Positions 26,901 to 39,644 of a stretch of DNA of 64,000 nucleotides are shown piece after piece. The stretch spans positions 5,022,001-5,086,000 of the forward strand of contig OZ193910.1 in the NCBI GenBank assembly GCA_964276515.1, in the 5' to 3' direction. Source of the stretch: Gordius albopunctatus (lineage: Eukaryota). The notes beneath the pieces are model-generated. The model had not been told where the DNA came from and searched no databases. It was given only the letters and a program-made list of their open reading frames with translations. The stretch's first letter is position 1. The number at the start of each line of letters is the position of its first letter. The translations under genes and the position numbers were made by a program.

Positions 26901-28477
26901 AACAATTTTCAAAATAAAATTTTTCAAAAGTCTTTTTCGAAAAATCGGGTCGGGCCAAAAAGAAAAAAGTCTTTCGGGCTCGGACAGAAGAAATTTCATT
27001 TTTCAGGGCTCTATGCATGGGCCGACCGAAGAACGGTCCAAAGTTGGGCCAAAAATTTGTATTTAATCGGGCGTTGGACTCGGGTTGAGGCACGATCTAA
27101 CTAAAAGATTTTTTAAAACTTTTTGGTAATTCTTTTATTGAGTAGGCTATTTAGAGATAATTAATATTTTTATGGACAAAATTTTTGTAACGTTTTAGGG
27201 AGGTGTAAAAATAATATTTCGTAAATATTAATCTTTATTTTATGTGAAAATGTGTGGATGTGGGTATGTAAACTCTCTTCTCACTAACTTCCTAGATATG
27301 ATTATGCCCATACTTATACAATATAAAAAATTAGTTTTCAACCATTTATAGGCCTAGCTTGTTAACAAAGTCATTATAAGTCTAATGTTGATTGGCTGTC
27401 AAAATATAACCTTTTATATAATGAGTATTAAAAAATAACACTGACCATATCATTTATTTAGGTCAGACACTTCACATCATTCAAAACTTTTATAGCCATT
27501 ATACATGCGCTAGAGGTGTCATTTCCGTTTTTAGAATAAGTCACCAACCTCAGGTGAAGGTTGGGGGTGATTTATAAAATTTTAGTGTATCACATTTTAA
27601 ATTGTTTCAAATAAAAATCCTTGACCAATATCTTATTTGGTTTGTGAAGCATTGAGTATGCTAATTGTCAAATTAGCACAATTAGTATATGCCTGACGAA
27701 GCATAAAGAACCACTTGTGAATGATAAAAATTTAACCCATATTTGTGCAATATGAAAGTTGTAAAATTAATATGTCTATTTGTGGATCATCAGTTACATG
27801 GTTGTAATATGAAAACCTAAGGATATAAACATATGATATGAGTTATTACTACTAAATTAGTTAATAAAAAATTGACTAAATCATAAGCTAGTTTGTTTAC
27901 CCTGTTTTCTGCTGCAGCTGCAAATCCATCTGGATTTAAAGAAGGCATAATGTGAATTCGGGTGCCATTAATTAGCTTTTGTATCATATTGTTTCCTGCA
28001 ACATACTCATCACATAAGTAGAGGGCTAAAGTTATGAGTAGCTCTCGTCCAACTACCTCATTACCATGCATGTTCGCCACATACTTAAACTCAGGAATTA
28101 CTATAAAATTATTTAATAAGATATTATCACTAAATATTAATAGGACTTAGGGTGGAAAGCAAATAAAATGTGTAAAAACACTATCAATAAAATTATATAA
28201 GAAATAAATAAGTACATGGTGTATGAATTCCAGGACTTTTCGAAAATTCTATAACGTGTAGAGGGCGATTGTTAACACTTGGACTAGCTAAGTTATAGGA
28301 TCGAGTTATTAACGGGCATTTGGCATTAATTCTTCTAAATACATCGTTTATTTCTTCATTGCTATGGTATTTAAATAAAAAATGAGATTTCGAAAGGGGT
28401 GATCCATAAACAACGGATATTAATAGAAATAAATACCAAAAAGCTAGCATTGAATATTGAAAAGCATATGGTAACAT
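20925..28477 (-). CDS. CPE: Carboxypeptidase E-like (M14B metallocarboxypeptidase), 8 exons
   Basis: Exons 28216-28477, 27901-28100, 26201-26368, 24070-24233, 23198-23331, 22552-22691, 21790-21916, 20925-21190 with compatible phases; signal peptide; [66 protein letters not shown] versus other M14B members not resolved. Confidence 0.9.
24404..24529. mobile_element. Short hAT-type MITE in CPE intron 3
   Basis: CATGGGCTTAGCC ... GGCTAAGCTTATG with degenerate TSD. Confidence 0.7.
24620..25647 (-). pseudogene. Intronless FGFR-like tyrosine kinase domain pseudogene inside CPE intron 3
   Basis: Broken frames give [93 protein letters not shown] in kinase order, with stops, frameshifts and deletions. 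Confidence 0.85.
26445..27013. mobile_element. hAT MITE nested in a related MITE (~26430-27094)
   Basis: TIR TAGAGCCCTG ... CAGGGCTCTA; perfect 8-bp TSD TGCATGGG; outer CGTGCC...GGCACG ends. Confidence 0.85.
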
Positions 28478-28999
28478 AAAATTCCCATATTTATACTAAA
28501 TTCGCTTACACAAATCAACGTTACACTGAAAAAGGTCGAAAATTATTTAAAATACAAATATAGGAAATAGAAGATATATGAATGTTCCATATAATTATTC
28601 TTATTTTTATTTATTTAATGTAGCGAATCAGTGGTATTTCCTCGGGTGACAATTAAATAACCGTTTTGACATTACCGTATATCATCGTAAACGTATTATT
28701 ATTATTTTTCAGTTTTATAATTTTGCTATACCACACTTAAAGGTCTTTATACCCCGCGCGTAACCTTTTAATGTTTCTTTGTACAATAAAATGTTTACGA
28801 TTTAATCAGAACTTTTGCAATGTGCTAAAGTTGAAATAAAATGTAGTTTTTGCAAATTTTAATAAAAAATACGTTCCTCAAATTCCACGTTTTTAGCGCT
28901 ATTACTGCTTTTACTAATATAAAAAATAGTGCTAAATGGAGTAAAAAATGTTTAATTTTAAATTTAATAAAGACTTTTCTCTAAATTTAAATTTACTAT

Positions 29000-29329
29000 T
29001 GTCATATATGTCATATATAGATTTTTTAAAGAGAGCAACCAGAGACGCGACATATATGGAGTCTTTAAAGACTATCAACCAGAGGCGCGGGGTAATTACC
29101 AGGTGCTGGACGATAGTAAGCGATAGACAAAGGAAATCTAAGAAAGAAGAGTAACGTAAAGTAAGCAAGAGTGAATAACAACTGGTGAAGAGAATAACAA
29201 CTGGCGCAAGACCCCCAGAAAGGGAGATTATTATCCGGAACAAAGAGCTCACATCGTCGAACATTCATGTAATCATTAATTAATTTTCCTGGGAATAAAC
29301 CGATTTTGTAATTTACTTGGAATAAGACA
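29000..29329 (+). mobile_element. Possible solo LTR
   Basis: TGTCATAT...ATAAGACA inverted ends, AATAAA at ~29294, GC-richer than flanks; no clean TSD. Confidence 0.35.
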
Positions 29330-29548
29330 TATATATATAAACTGGTAATAATCTCGGACTCAATAACTATAAATCCATTATTTTTTTAAATTACGTTGTG
29401 GTGTGGGAGTAATGTACCTACATGATAGAATAAAAATAAGGTAATGCAATTTTAATAGACCTGAAATAAATATAAAATTTTATTTGACTAATTCTATATT
29501 ATCATATAAAAATAATAAGGAATCTAAATTTTCTGGTTTAATTCGCGT

Positions 29549-29717
29549 TAGATGTGTGCACGGATGCACGGATCAAATTTTTTTGATCCAATCCGATCCG
29601 AGGGGTTTTTGAAAAATTTCATATCCATCCGATCCGATCCGAGTTTTTTAAAATCAAAATCCGATCCGAGTTTTGACGGATCGGATGTCGGATCGGATTG
29701 ATCCGTGCACACCTCTA
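29549..29717. mobile_element. MITE of the same hAT family as 3995-5344
   Basis: TAGATGTGTGCACGGAT ... ATCCGTGCACACCTCTA with GATCC repeats; no TSD. Confidence 0.85.
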
Positions 29718-30274
29718 GTTTGGGTACGCATGTTTTTCGGCCCAAGCAAATGGGTAGAAGGCACGATAAAAGACAAACACGGGAGTCGTTCCTACGATTT
29801 ATGGGCACAGGGAAGAAAGCACCACCGACACCTGGACCAAGTAAGGAAACGGAGAATCCTGGATTGGACCACTCTGGGACAAGAGAACGGGTGGCCACAA
29901 AGAATATCATCAGAAGGGGAAGAGGGAACAAATGCGCCAAGGGAACAAATGCAAAACAGGGGAACAAGTGCGACAAGGGAACAAATCCAAAACCAGTCAG
30001 GAACGCCTAGGGAAGAACCGAGATAACCACAGCGTAGTCAGAAACCGCCAGCATTCCTTAAGGATTTTGTCTGTGAAAAGGGGGGAACTGTAGAGAGGTA
30101 ATAGGAGTGCGAAGTGCCTGCGGGGATACGTTATTTACCTGCATGTTGTCGATAAAATTATCGTTAATTGGTTGTAACTTATATATGCGTTTGATATACA
30201 CGTTTTGTCTCACTTTTCGATTATTGTATCCCAGTCCTAATAATTTATGTGAATAAAGATCCAGCCTTTCAACA
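29718..30274 (+). mobile_element. 3' fragment of a Gypsy-like LTR retrotransposon (integrase C-terminus, PPT, 3' LTR 30089-30274)
   Basis: VWVRMFFGPSKWVEGTIKDKHGSRSYD...HHRHLDQVR; PPT GAAAAGGGGGGAAC then TGTAGAG...AATAAA...CAACA; homologous to the 62388-63010 region. Confidence 0.85.
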
Positions 30275-31739
30275 ATGATATTATTAAACTTTATCCTTTT
30301 ATTGAGCCTTAGCCAGGAATGAAAGTTATTGTTTAGCAACTTTATATCATCGAGGCAAGTAGTATATATAACACCTCCAATAATGCTTCCTGCCTTAAGA
30401 TACCCATCTAGTGTGTGTTTTGGGGTTTGCGATAAAAAATTGGTTCCATTATGACCAATTTATATCTTATATAATAATTTATAAGAGACAGAAAAAAAAT
30501 ATATGGTATAATTATTTTTAAAAGTCGAGACGAGATCGAGATTTTGATAATTTCACCCGAGACGAGACGAGATTTTGCTTTCGAGACCGAGACGAGATCG
30601 CAACACTACAACTTAGAGGAGAAGTCTGGTGACTTTTAGGACGCTCTTATTACAGACATTGTAATTAATAGGTGTGAGATGACATATCGGATTTTGTGTT
30701 AAATAGATGTAAAACATGCTTCAGTACTGCATCATAATATATAAATAAATTTCTTAAACTTTTTGAATCTCAAATAGACACTTCCTATTAGACTTTATAA
30801 AAAAATTTATCAGGTGGAATATATAGAGACGAAAGAATTACATAAGGGTTGAAAACTATAGCGATTTAAAAAAAAATAATATGAGAAAACTTGTGTTAAA
30901 GAATGTAACTAATCGTTTGTAAGCACAATTAGGGTGCGTCTTAAAATAAGATTTTGCATAGATGCAAAAAAACCGTATTTGCTCAACCGGTCTAACGCAC
31001 AGGGAATCTACAACCAATCAAAATGTAGTTCAAATTTGCAAGGCATGCGTCTTCTCATCTAATTTTTGAATAGATCAGTTGTACATATGAGTCTTGACAT
31101 CTAAATCTCGAATATCAATCATATTACCAATAAACATATTTCCTCCTAATTTTTTCTCCATCTCAAATTGAATTTTTTATTGCTATGCAAAATAGATTAT
31201 TTTTTGATGGAAATAACATATTTCTCATTCCAGAAACCACTAATGTTAACCCATCCAGTAAAATTTTATAATTTTGATGTATTTTAATCTTAAGATAATG
31301 GGAGTTTGCTAAGAATCTCAAATCAGATTCCACTTTGCAATATACCCCAGGGCACTTTAGCCAATAATGCTAATCCATCCAGTAAAATTTTATAATTTTG
31401 ATGTATTTTAATCTTAAGATAATGGGAGTTTTCTAAGAATCTCCAACCATATTCCATTTTGCAATATACCCCAGGGCACTTTAGTCTTTTTTTTAATTTC
31501 TACTTAAATTTGTCATAACATATCAATTTAAAAAATCTATTTTATAGGTGCCACGATACAATATGCATTTGTGTTAATTGATGCAACGAATCAAATGGAT
31601 GCAATTCATAGAGGTATATATTTAGAACATAATATTTCTATAATTATTGTAGAGCACACACCTGTTTATACCATCCTAAAAAGGAGTAATTCTGTATTAC
31701 TCCTCCTTCTTATATAAAATCAACAGAAATCTAGATAAT

Positions 31740-33252
31740 AAAATATATTACAGATGCCGGAACTCTATGTGCCCGGCAACTGTGACGGATGTTGATGGCT
31801 AAATTACCGTTACCAGCCCCCACAACCATGCCCCCCCCCGCGAGAAGAGTATGAGTCAGTGGTTACCATGCGGGCACTTAAAGAATCTGTAGTTGCTAAT
31901 CCTACTAAGAAAATTAGTATTTAGGTTGTATCATGAGACCTTGAGTGCCCGCATGCGTCAAGTCCCGGATTTGGCTGATTTTCCTATGGCTACTCCTTCT
32001 TTGAAATCTGTAAGAATGACAATGAAGAGGGCCGTTCCGAATAGGCAGTCGATTCCGGGTCATCGGACCGCCATCCGATTGACCACAGCTCAGACTCTGA
32101 CCCCTAACAATGAGAGTTGTTTGCTTTGGAACGATGGAAACGATTTGCTCGTTTTTGGGACGCCATCGCTTTTGAGGGTGTTGTGTCAGGTTTCATCTAT
32201 TTACATGGATGGAACCTTTAAAGTATGTCCGGCCTTGTTCTATCAAGTAAACAATACCCTTAATGCCTATATATATAATATTATAGCTGTACACTATACA
32301 TGCATACTATAAGAATCACATGATCCCTATAGTATATGTATTTATGCCAAACCGAAAAAATCCCACGTATTGCAGAGTGTTCGAAAAATTGAAGGAAATA
32401 TGTTTGGAATTCAATTTGCAATTGAACCCAACGTACATCCAGATAGATTTTGAACGCTCTGCAAAGTCAGCCCTGCAGAGCTGCTTCCCAAACTCTGAGA
32501 TTAAAGGTAATAAATATTTTATTCTTTTTATTTTATTGTCTTTATTTCATTATTAAGGTTGCCTGTTTCACCTTGCGAAAGCTCTGTTGAAACGGGTGGA
32601 CAAGCTCGAGTTCCGCCGAGATTACAATGGAAATCCATTAGTACTAAAGATGGTTAAGAGTATGACAGGCTTGGCTTTTCTGAAACGGGAAGACGCTCTC
32701 AATATTTATGATGCTTGTTGGGAAGACCCTATTATCTCCCAACATTCAAAATTACATTCATTTTTAACATATGTATATACTACTTGGGTGGGCCCCTCTG
32801 CCATATTCCCCTATGAAATGTGGCAGAGATACGAGGCTGTTGGTCCCCGGACCAACAATCACCTTGAAGGGTACCATAATGGCATTAAGTCCCTTATTGG
32901 ACAGGCCCATCCTGATATTTATAAATGTATATCTTTTTTGATTGAAAATAACACAAAATCCGAGATAAATATTGTACAAATTGATCAAGGAAAAATTATT
33001 TATAATTTAAGCAAAAAAATCCGCGAAAAAAACTTACAAATTACTACTTTAATCGCACTTTATAGAAATGCTTCGCGTGAATTTGATATATTTAATTATA
33101 CTGATAATATCGCGAAACTTATTTTTTATGATTATGACGCGCGCAATTGGAATTTTGTTAATTCGCGTTCTTATTATTTATCTAATGTTAATAATGATAC
33201 ATCAAATGAAAGAGAAACTAGTGACTTCACGGAAACTAGTGACTCCGAATAA
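31740..33252 (+). mobile_element. MULE/Mutator-like transposase with FLYWCH-like N-terminus, two introns, N-terminal frameshifts
   Basis: YMDGTFKVCPALFYQ|LYTIH, IQIDFE, G|CLFH, RTNNHLEGYHN; GT-AG introns at ~32248-32287 and ~32508-32558; YYRC...CPA...HNH upstream; ~120-bp tandem duplication at 31240-31480. Confidence 0.85.
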
Positions 33253-33833
33253 ATTATAAAATAAACCAAACCAAAAGGTTAATAATATTATCCACCCAAA
33301 CCCTTTAGGTCTTTAATACACTCAAACCTAAACGCCAAAGGTGGCCCACAAAAATTCACCCAAAACGCTTTGGGTGTTTTTTACGAAAACGCCAAAGCCC
33401 TCACAAGAAAATTCACCTAAAACTGAAAAGGCTGGGTGAAAAAAAACGCCAACGCTTGCAGGCGACCAATGGAAACCCTTGGTTTTTTACAACACAACTG
33501 TACGCTAATGTATTCCATTTTCCAGCCAGAGTGGGACGAATTTTAATAAGGGGAAATGGTTCACGTAAACGCGTAGGTGAAACAAAAAAACCAATGAACC
33601 TATAGAAGACACTTTAATCTACAGAAATAAATTAATATTTTATAGAATAAATTAAAAATTCAGTGGCAATATAGCTTAAAAAGGTTAAAAGGGGCATTTT
33701 GCACCTTCAATCTTGTTAATCTAAAAAACGTAAGGTTTTGGGAAAAAACTAAAAACATATTATTGTTCAGCGCAAAATTCTCTATCAGAATTATGCGTCC
33801 AATTGCAGAATAGTTTTTTCATAGACCTGTGTT

Positions 33834-33971
33834 CATGGGCTTAGCCAGGTTTTGGATTGGGGGGGGGCGAAACATAATTTTTTTTAATTTTTAGGGTTTT
33901 TGAATTAGATTTTTTTCGTCATTGGGGGACGGCCGCCCCCCCCCCCCCCCATCCCCATGGCTACGCCCATG
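33834..33971. mobile_element. Short hAT-type MITE
   Basis: CATGGGCTTAGCC ... GGCTACGCCCATG; perfect TSD CCTGTGTT. Confidence 0.85.
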
Positions 33972-34147
33972 CCTGTGTTAACATTCATTTAAAGAGGCTT
34001 GATTTCTGAGACGGATGATTTTGCTCTAACATTCATTTAAAACACACCCCCCCCCTCCCCTCTGCCGAGAAAGAGGGAAAAAAATAAGGGAGGGGGGGCA
34101 AAACAACGGGACAAATAAAGGGAGGGGGCAAAGTTCTTTATAAAATA

Positions 34148-35003
34148 CTAGCTGACCCGGCAAACGTTGTTTTGCTATATAATACATTACTATTAGATGA
34201 ACCCGACAAACGTTGTTTTGCCATTTACCCGGGTGTATTAGCAGAATATATATCATCTTATAGATAAATTTCAATGGATTAAGAATATATCAAATATAAT
34301 TGATAGGTGTTTATTATGAAAAATTTTTTAAACAAATAGTTAAAGAGGGTCCAAGGCCCAGGCCCACCCAAGAGAGAAAACCTGGCCCCATAGTTTCCCC
34401 CAAGGGAAATTTTTTTGGCGCCCTGGCCCTTCAAGCAATTTTTTTAAATTTTTTGTAATTAATAAACAATATCATAATTATAATTATTTTTTTCTGAATA
34501 AAACTTTTAATTCTGAACTTAATAATGTCCCAAGAACTGAGATATATCAACATTTATTGGCACTTTGTTAAAAGTATTTTCATTTTTCTCCTTATTTAAC
34601 GCGCAAAAAATGAAAAAATTAGATTTTTTAAATTTATTTAGCCACGCAGGAGGGGACACGACCGTCCTATAATAATAATAATTGACGTGAAAAATAAGCA
34701 AAAAAATGACTTTGATATTTAATGTTTTAAAGCGCATAAAAAGTTTCCATTTTCCGCAACACATGCCTACTGCATTTATCACACTACCTACACGATAGAT
34801 ACGCAGTACGTCATGAGGTTGCGTTTGATTGGCACTTTATTAAAAGGCAAAACATATAAAACAAACTAACTCAAAAACTACTAAACCGATTTGACTCGAA
34901 TATATCTTAAAACATGCTCCGGAGTGTGGGGAAGAAACTGTGAAATTTTGAGCCAAATCGGTCTAGTAGTTCTCCAAAATTTGTGGCGGCATACATACAT
35001 ACG
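34148..35003 (-). mobile_element. Non-autonomous Helitron fragment within G/C-tract repeats
   Basis: CTAGCTGACCCGGCAAACGTTGTTTTGC resembles the 3' hairpin+CTAG end of the other Helitrons; AAATCGGTCTAGTAG...CATACATACATAC near the other end; 5' terminus not found. Confidence 0.55.
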
Positions 35004-35529
35004 AGGGCGGTGATTTGACCCCCCCCCCCCTCCTTATTTTTTACCCTCTTTCTCACCAGGGGGGAGGGGGTTGATTTTCCCATCCCCTTATTTTTTATCT
35101 TCTTTCTCACCCGGGGGGGGGGGCTTCTTTTTTACCCTCTTTCTCACCAGGGAGGGGGAGGGGGGTTATTTGCCCCCCCCCTTTTTACCCCTTTTCTTAC
35201 AAAAAGGGGGGGGGGTGAGAAAAGGAGGGGGAGAAGGTTACCCCCCGGTTGATAAAAAGCGTAAAAAAAGGGAAGGGGACAAATCATACCGCCCCCCTGG
35301 TTAGAAAGAGGGTAATAAATAAGGGAGGATGGTGAAAAGGGGTGGTCAAAACACCTCCCTCCCCCCAGGTAAGAAAGAGGATAAAAAATAAGGGGGGGGG
35401 GAGAAACTAACGGGGCAAAAAAAGGATGGGGCAAAGTTCTTAATTTATTTAAAAAAAATTGTATACCAATTAAAATATTATTTATAAAATATAAGCGCAA
35501 AATAAATTAATATCACAAATTATGAATTC

Positions 35530-35970
35530 ATATTACTGAGCATTTTTTAATTTAAAGCTGAGCATTTTAAAGTTAATTTACTGACCAATTTTGAATTTTT
35601 AACTGGGCATTTTAATAAAATACTGAGCAGTTTACTGAGCATTTCTTAATTTATTACTGAGCATTTAAATAACATCCTTAAAAATTAAACATTTTCTTTG
35701 AAATTATTACCATTAAAAATTTGTCCTTTTTAGCTTTAAAACCTTATTATCTTATATTTTTTAATACTCAGAATTTTGATTAAAATTCATAATTTAGATT
35801 TTTTAATAAAATACTTACCATTTTAATAAAAATCTTAGCATTTAAAAATAAAATAATTAGGATTTCCTTTAAAATACTTAGCATTTAAATTAAAATACTT
35901 AGCGTTTTTTAATAAAATACTCAGCACTTTAATTAAAATGCTTAGCAATTTGTAATTATTTACTTAGCAG
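35530..35970. repeat. Short-unit repeats (TACTGAGCATTT-like) in two oppositely oriented clusters
   Basis: Several ACTGAGCA copies at 35530-35665 and several inverted ATACTT/CAGCA copies at 35760-35970. Confidence 0.6.
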
Positions 35971-36251
35971 TTAAAAAACCCCAAAATAAATTTGCAAGGA
36001 CTGGATAAAACTTGACTAAATTTAAAAATCGATAAATGGGTTAGATTAAAATATACGACGTATACCAAGGATGAGACAGCAACACAGATATCGGTAGAAA
36101 GAGATGGATGGAAGGAAAAGAGCTCTTATAGCTTCTTATATTAAGCGGGATGAACATAAAAGAATTTGACAAGATAATTTTCTCGCATATTTCAAAAATT
36201 CATTTATGTTAATAGGTGTAGTGTAAAAATATATATTTTTCAATAACTTAA

Positions 36252-39200
36252 CCATAGACTAGATAGACTGCTTATCAACGCACAAAATGTGTACCCTTTT
36301 TCCGCCATCTTGACTTGCACATTGTATAGTGGTAATCATATGGAAATTCGTAATTTTTGTAAATTAAATAATCTTAAAAAGGGTAAATAAAAAATATTGA
36401 ATTGGGTAGATATCAAAAACAGCATTCTAAATTAAATATGTTTGTTTAATAAATATAGCGCCATCTATATTATATATAATATTAATTTATTGACGTTTAA
36501 GCATCTGTATAACATAATCAATATCTATAATTACATTTGTTTATATTTGTAGTTATTGATATTCTTGTGAAGGTATTTATGGTAACTGGTGTTATGAGTA
36601 GTTTAATTTATGATTGTTTATAATCCTCAAGTTCAGATTCTGATGGTGAAAATAAGATTATATTGCCATAATTAGTTAGATAACTTTGTGTTAACATCAA
36701 GATGATCTAAGAGGAAGTGATTCAGTTGTGGATATAGAAGAACTATGTCAGACTTTGCCAAAACAAAATATTTATATGGTATAGAAAATCAAGAATATTT
36801 TATATGCTAAAATAGGTAACTTTTTGACAATATATTCCAAATAAGCCTTACATACACAGGCTCTCAGCCAGATGATTCTTATAAAGATAGTAACAAGCCG
36901 TTTGACGTACTTACAAAGTTGATAATGCCCATCCCAAATTTAAATAAAAATGCAATATAAAGAGCAAATTAAACAAAATTTTGGCCAAGCAAAAGGTGCA
37001 AAATTTTTATCAATAAACTTTATTTTTCAAGAAAATCGAATGTTAGTATCTTATCTTCCAAAAAAACAAGCAGGGTCATCTTTTCATTATGACCTAAAAA
37101 TTGACATAAAATGTCCTGGAAAATCAAAAATTGTTGGAATGGCAATTTCTTTCAATTGATCATATTTATCTGAAGTTGGATAGTATATGTCCCTGAAATA
37201 ATGATAAGAACAGATCCTAGAATGGATTGATGGTTGGAATTCCCTTTTTATAGTCTAAATCCAGGACTTCGGATTTTTGATTAGTAACTTAAAATTAAAA
37301 AAAAAATTATGTAAAATTGCAAAAAATATTAACCACTAGCTGTGCCCGGCAAAGCGTTGCTTTGGCTCAGTCCTTAAGTGGTTAAATAAGTATAACCTAT
37401 TAATAAGACTTATCTAAAATTGGGTCATATATGAAAACTGAACATCGCGATACTTGGTATGCCAATTTTCAAATGCAAAATGTGAGGTGGCATCCCTGCC
37501 ACATCATTTGAATTGAAAGATTCGATTGCATAATTTGCGTCATCAATAACAACAGCAGTGTCAACAGACTTGTAAGTAATTGGATTGCCTTGAATGTTAG
37601 ACAGAATGAGATTGTTAAGCTCGTGGACGTCATTATTCTTGGGGGCGAGAATAGCCCGTTGGCGGAGCCAAAGTCGCTCATGATAATGAGCGTTAATATT
37701 TGGAAACACTTTATCATCTAAGCAGTTTAAATGGAACAAAATCGCAAATTTTGGTAGGAAAAGAAATCCGTCCAGAGCATATATCAACGTGCACGGTTCC
37801 CTTCCCAATTTCTAGCAATCAATGGGAGAATATCTCACATGCAGGATGATTTTGAAATACTACAAGCATATTAGTAGTTAGATTTAATGTTTTGACATAA
37901 GGCAACAAAATAGAATATTTTAGGCAAGCATTAATTTCGTCCGCAGGGGTGGATCGTAAGAAAACAGGTAAAGTTTGCCTGAAATCTCCTGCAAGCAATA
38001 ACCTTGCGTTACCAATAGGTTTGATGGTTCTTTGTAAATCTTGCGATTACCGATTAGAACTTAGAGCGGTTTTTCATAAGCCATTGTGCATTCATCCCAA
38101 ACGATAAGTTTGCTCTTCTGTAATACTATACCCATTCTATATGTTCCAGAAATGTTGCACATTAGAGTTTCACAGTGATAACCGTTTAAAGGCAATCAGT
38201 TTTTCTACCGGGTAATTATGTAACAGCCCTTCCGGAACACGCTAGAATCACGGCTATATTAATTTGGGAACGAATAGTTGCCAGAGCAATGTCAGTAGGA
38301 AAGTTTTACCAGTTCCTCCTCAAGCATCTAAGAAGACTTCTCTTTAACCTTTATTAACACTAACAGCAAGCAAAATCTTATTGTAAAGGGGGGCGAAAAC
38401 GTTTTAAGTTCAATGAGGATGGGGGGGCAAAATAATTTTTTTTTGAATTTTTAAGGGTTTTTGTATTGAATTTTTTTTTGTCATTTTAGGGGGGGGGGGA
38501 TAAACTTAAGCGCTATCTACCTAAACTATTGCGTTCCGTAGTTGAATGGTTGCCATGCTACCACCATCCTCTGCTGATCTTAGGTTTTTGTCATATATGA
38601 TGTTGTATATGTGAATACGTATATTTGTATATCATTTTCTACTACAGATTATATTATTGCTATAATTATATATTTTAATATTGTAACCAAAATCCGAGTT
38701 GGTAATTAACATATGTTTTCATTGTTATCCTAATAATAATATATTTTTCTCTAGTTCCCCACCCCGGCATTAGTATCAATAAAATGATCTTATTATGAGT
38801 TGATTATTTCTTATTTAAATAGTTTTATAAAGGATATCCATCACTGCCCGTAATCTAACTAATATAGAGCAGACGTTCCGATTCCATTTTGGCTCACATA
38901 TTACATTAATGAAATAATTGGCGGCATTTTAAATATGATTTTCTTTGTACGAATAATCATATAACTGCATTTAAAGTTTGTCGGTTAAACATTGTCTGCA
39001 TTTATCAACTTACCGTTAATGTAATCTTTTTGTACTTTTAATATTAATAACCGAACTTCATAAAAATGGCAAAAAAGCACGAAACGTGGGAATGTTTCTA
39101 GAAGCGCGCGTTATATTTATTTAAGTATATGGTGATGTATTACGGTATCTAGAATATTTATTTGTTACAAATTTATATATTGTAAAAAAAACGGGCGTAG

Positions 39201-39644
39201 TTGAGTAAAAAATTGAGACAAATAAGATAAAGCAATAGTGGAAAAAAGTTTAAGGTAATTGGTAACACCGTAACGATAAATAAGTACAAAAAACGTAGTA
39301 TGAACAATCCGCTAGATGGCGGTATAGGCTACTAAAAAACATGGTTCCCGCTGTCGCAGGTTGATAAAAAGTATCTATAAACCTTCTACAATGCTAAGGC
39401 AATAATCTGGCCAAATTTGGTGGCAATCGGTTGAGAACTCTAAAAGTTATTAGCGATCAAAAAAAGGGACTTAGATTTATATATAGATTCTTACTTACTA
39501 TTATAAGAATATTGTTTATCCCGAGTTTTTCTATGTGGCATAGTTGAAATAGACCAGTTGTGCAAGTTATAATGGCGGATTTTTAGACACACAAATTAAT
39601 TACCATATGGAACATATGGTATGAGCAATCTATGTAGTCTATGA
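36252..39644 (+). mobile_element. Decayed piggyBac-like element interrupted by a Helitron
   Basis: TTAA|CCATAGACTAGATAG ... CTATGTAGTCTATGA|TTAG; internal inverted repeat CCGCCATCTTGACTTGCACA / TGTGCAAGTTATAATGGCGG; remnants SSSDSDGEN and MLVSYLPKK. Confidence 0.6.
37336..39487 (-). mobile_element. Helitron with decayed Rep/PIF1 helicase remnants
   Basis: 5' TCTATATAT and 3' hairpin+CTAG between A and T; WLRQRAILAPKN, MPPHILHLKIG, IVWDECTMA, TGSDGYP; ends shared with 44845-47219. Confidence 0.9.

Noticed and set aside
27690..27730. Hammerhead ribozyme core (CTGACGA; also CCGATGA at ~61566)
   Set aside because: No properly placed GAAA or supporting stems found
34907..35500. ORFs of 67-118 aa
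   Set aside because: Translations of G/C homopolymer repeats with no protein-like signal
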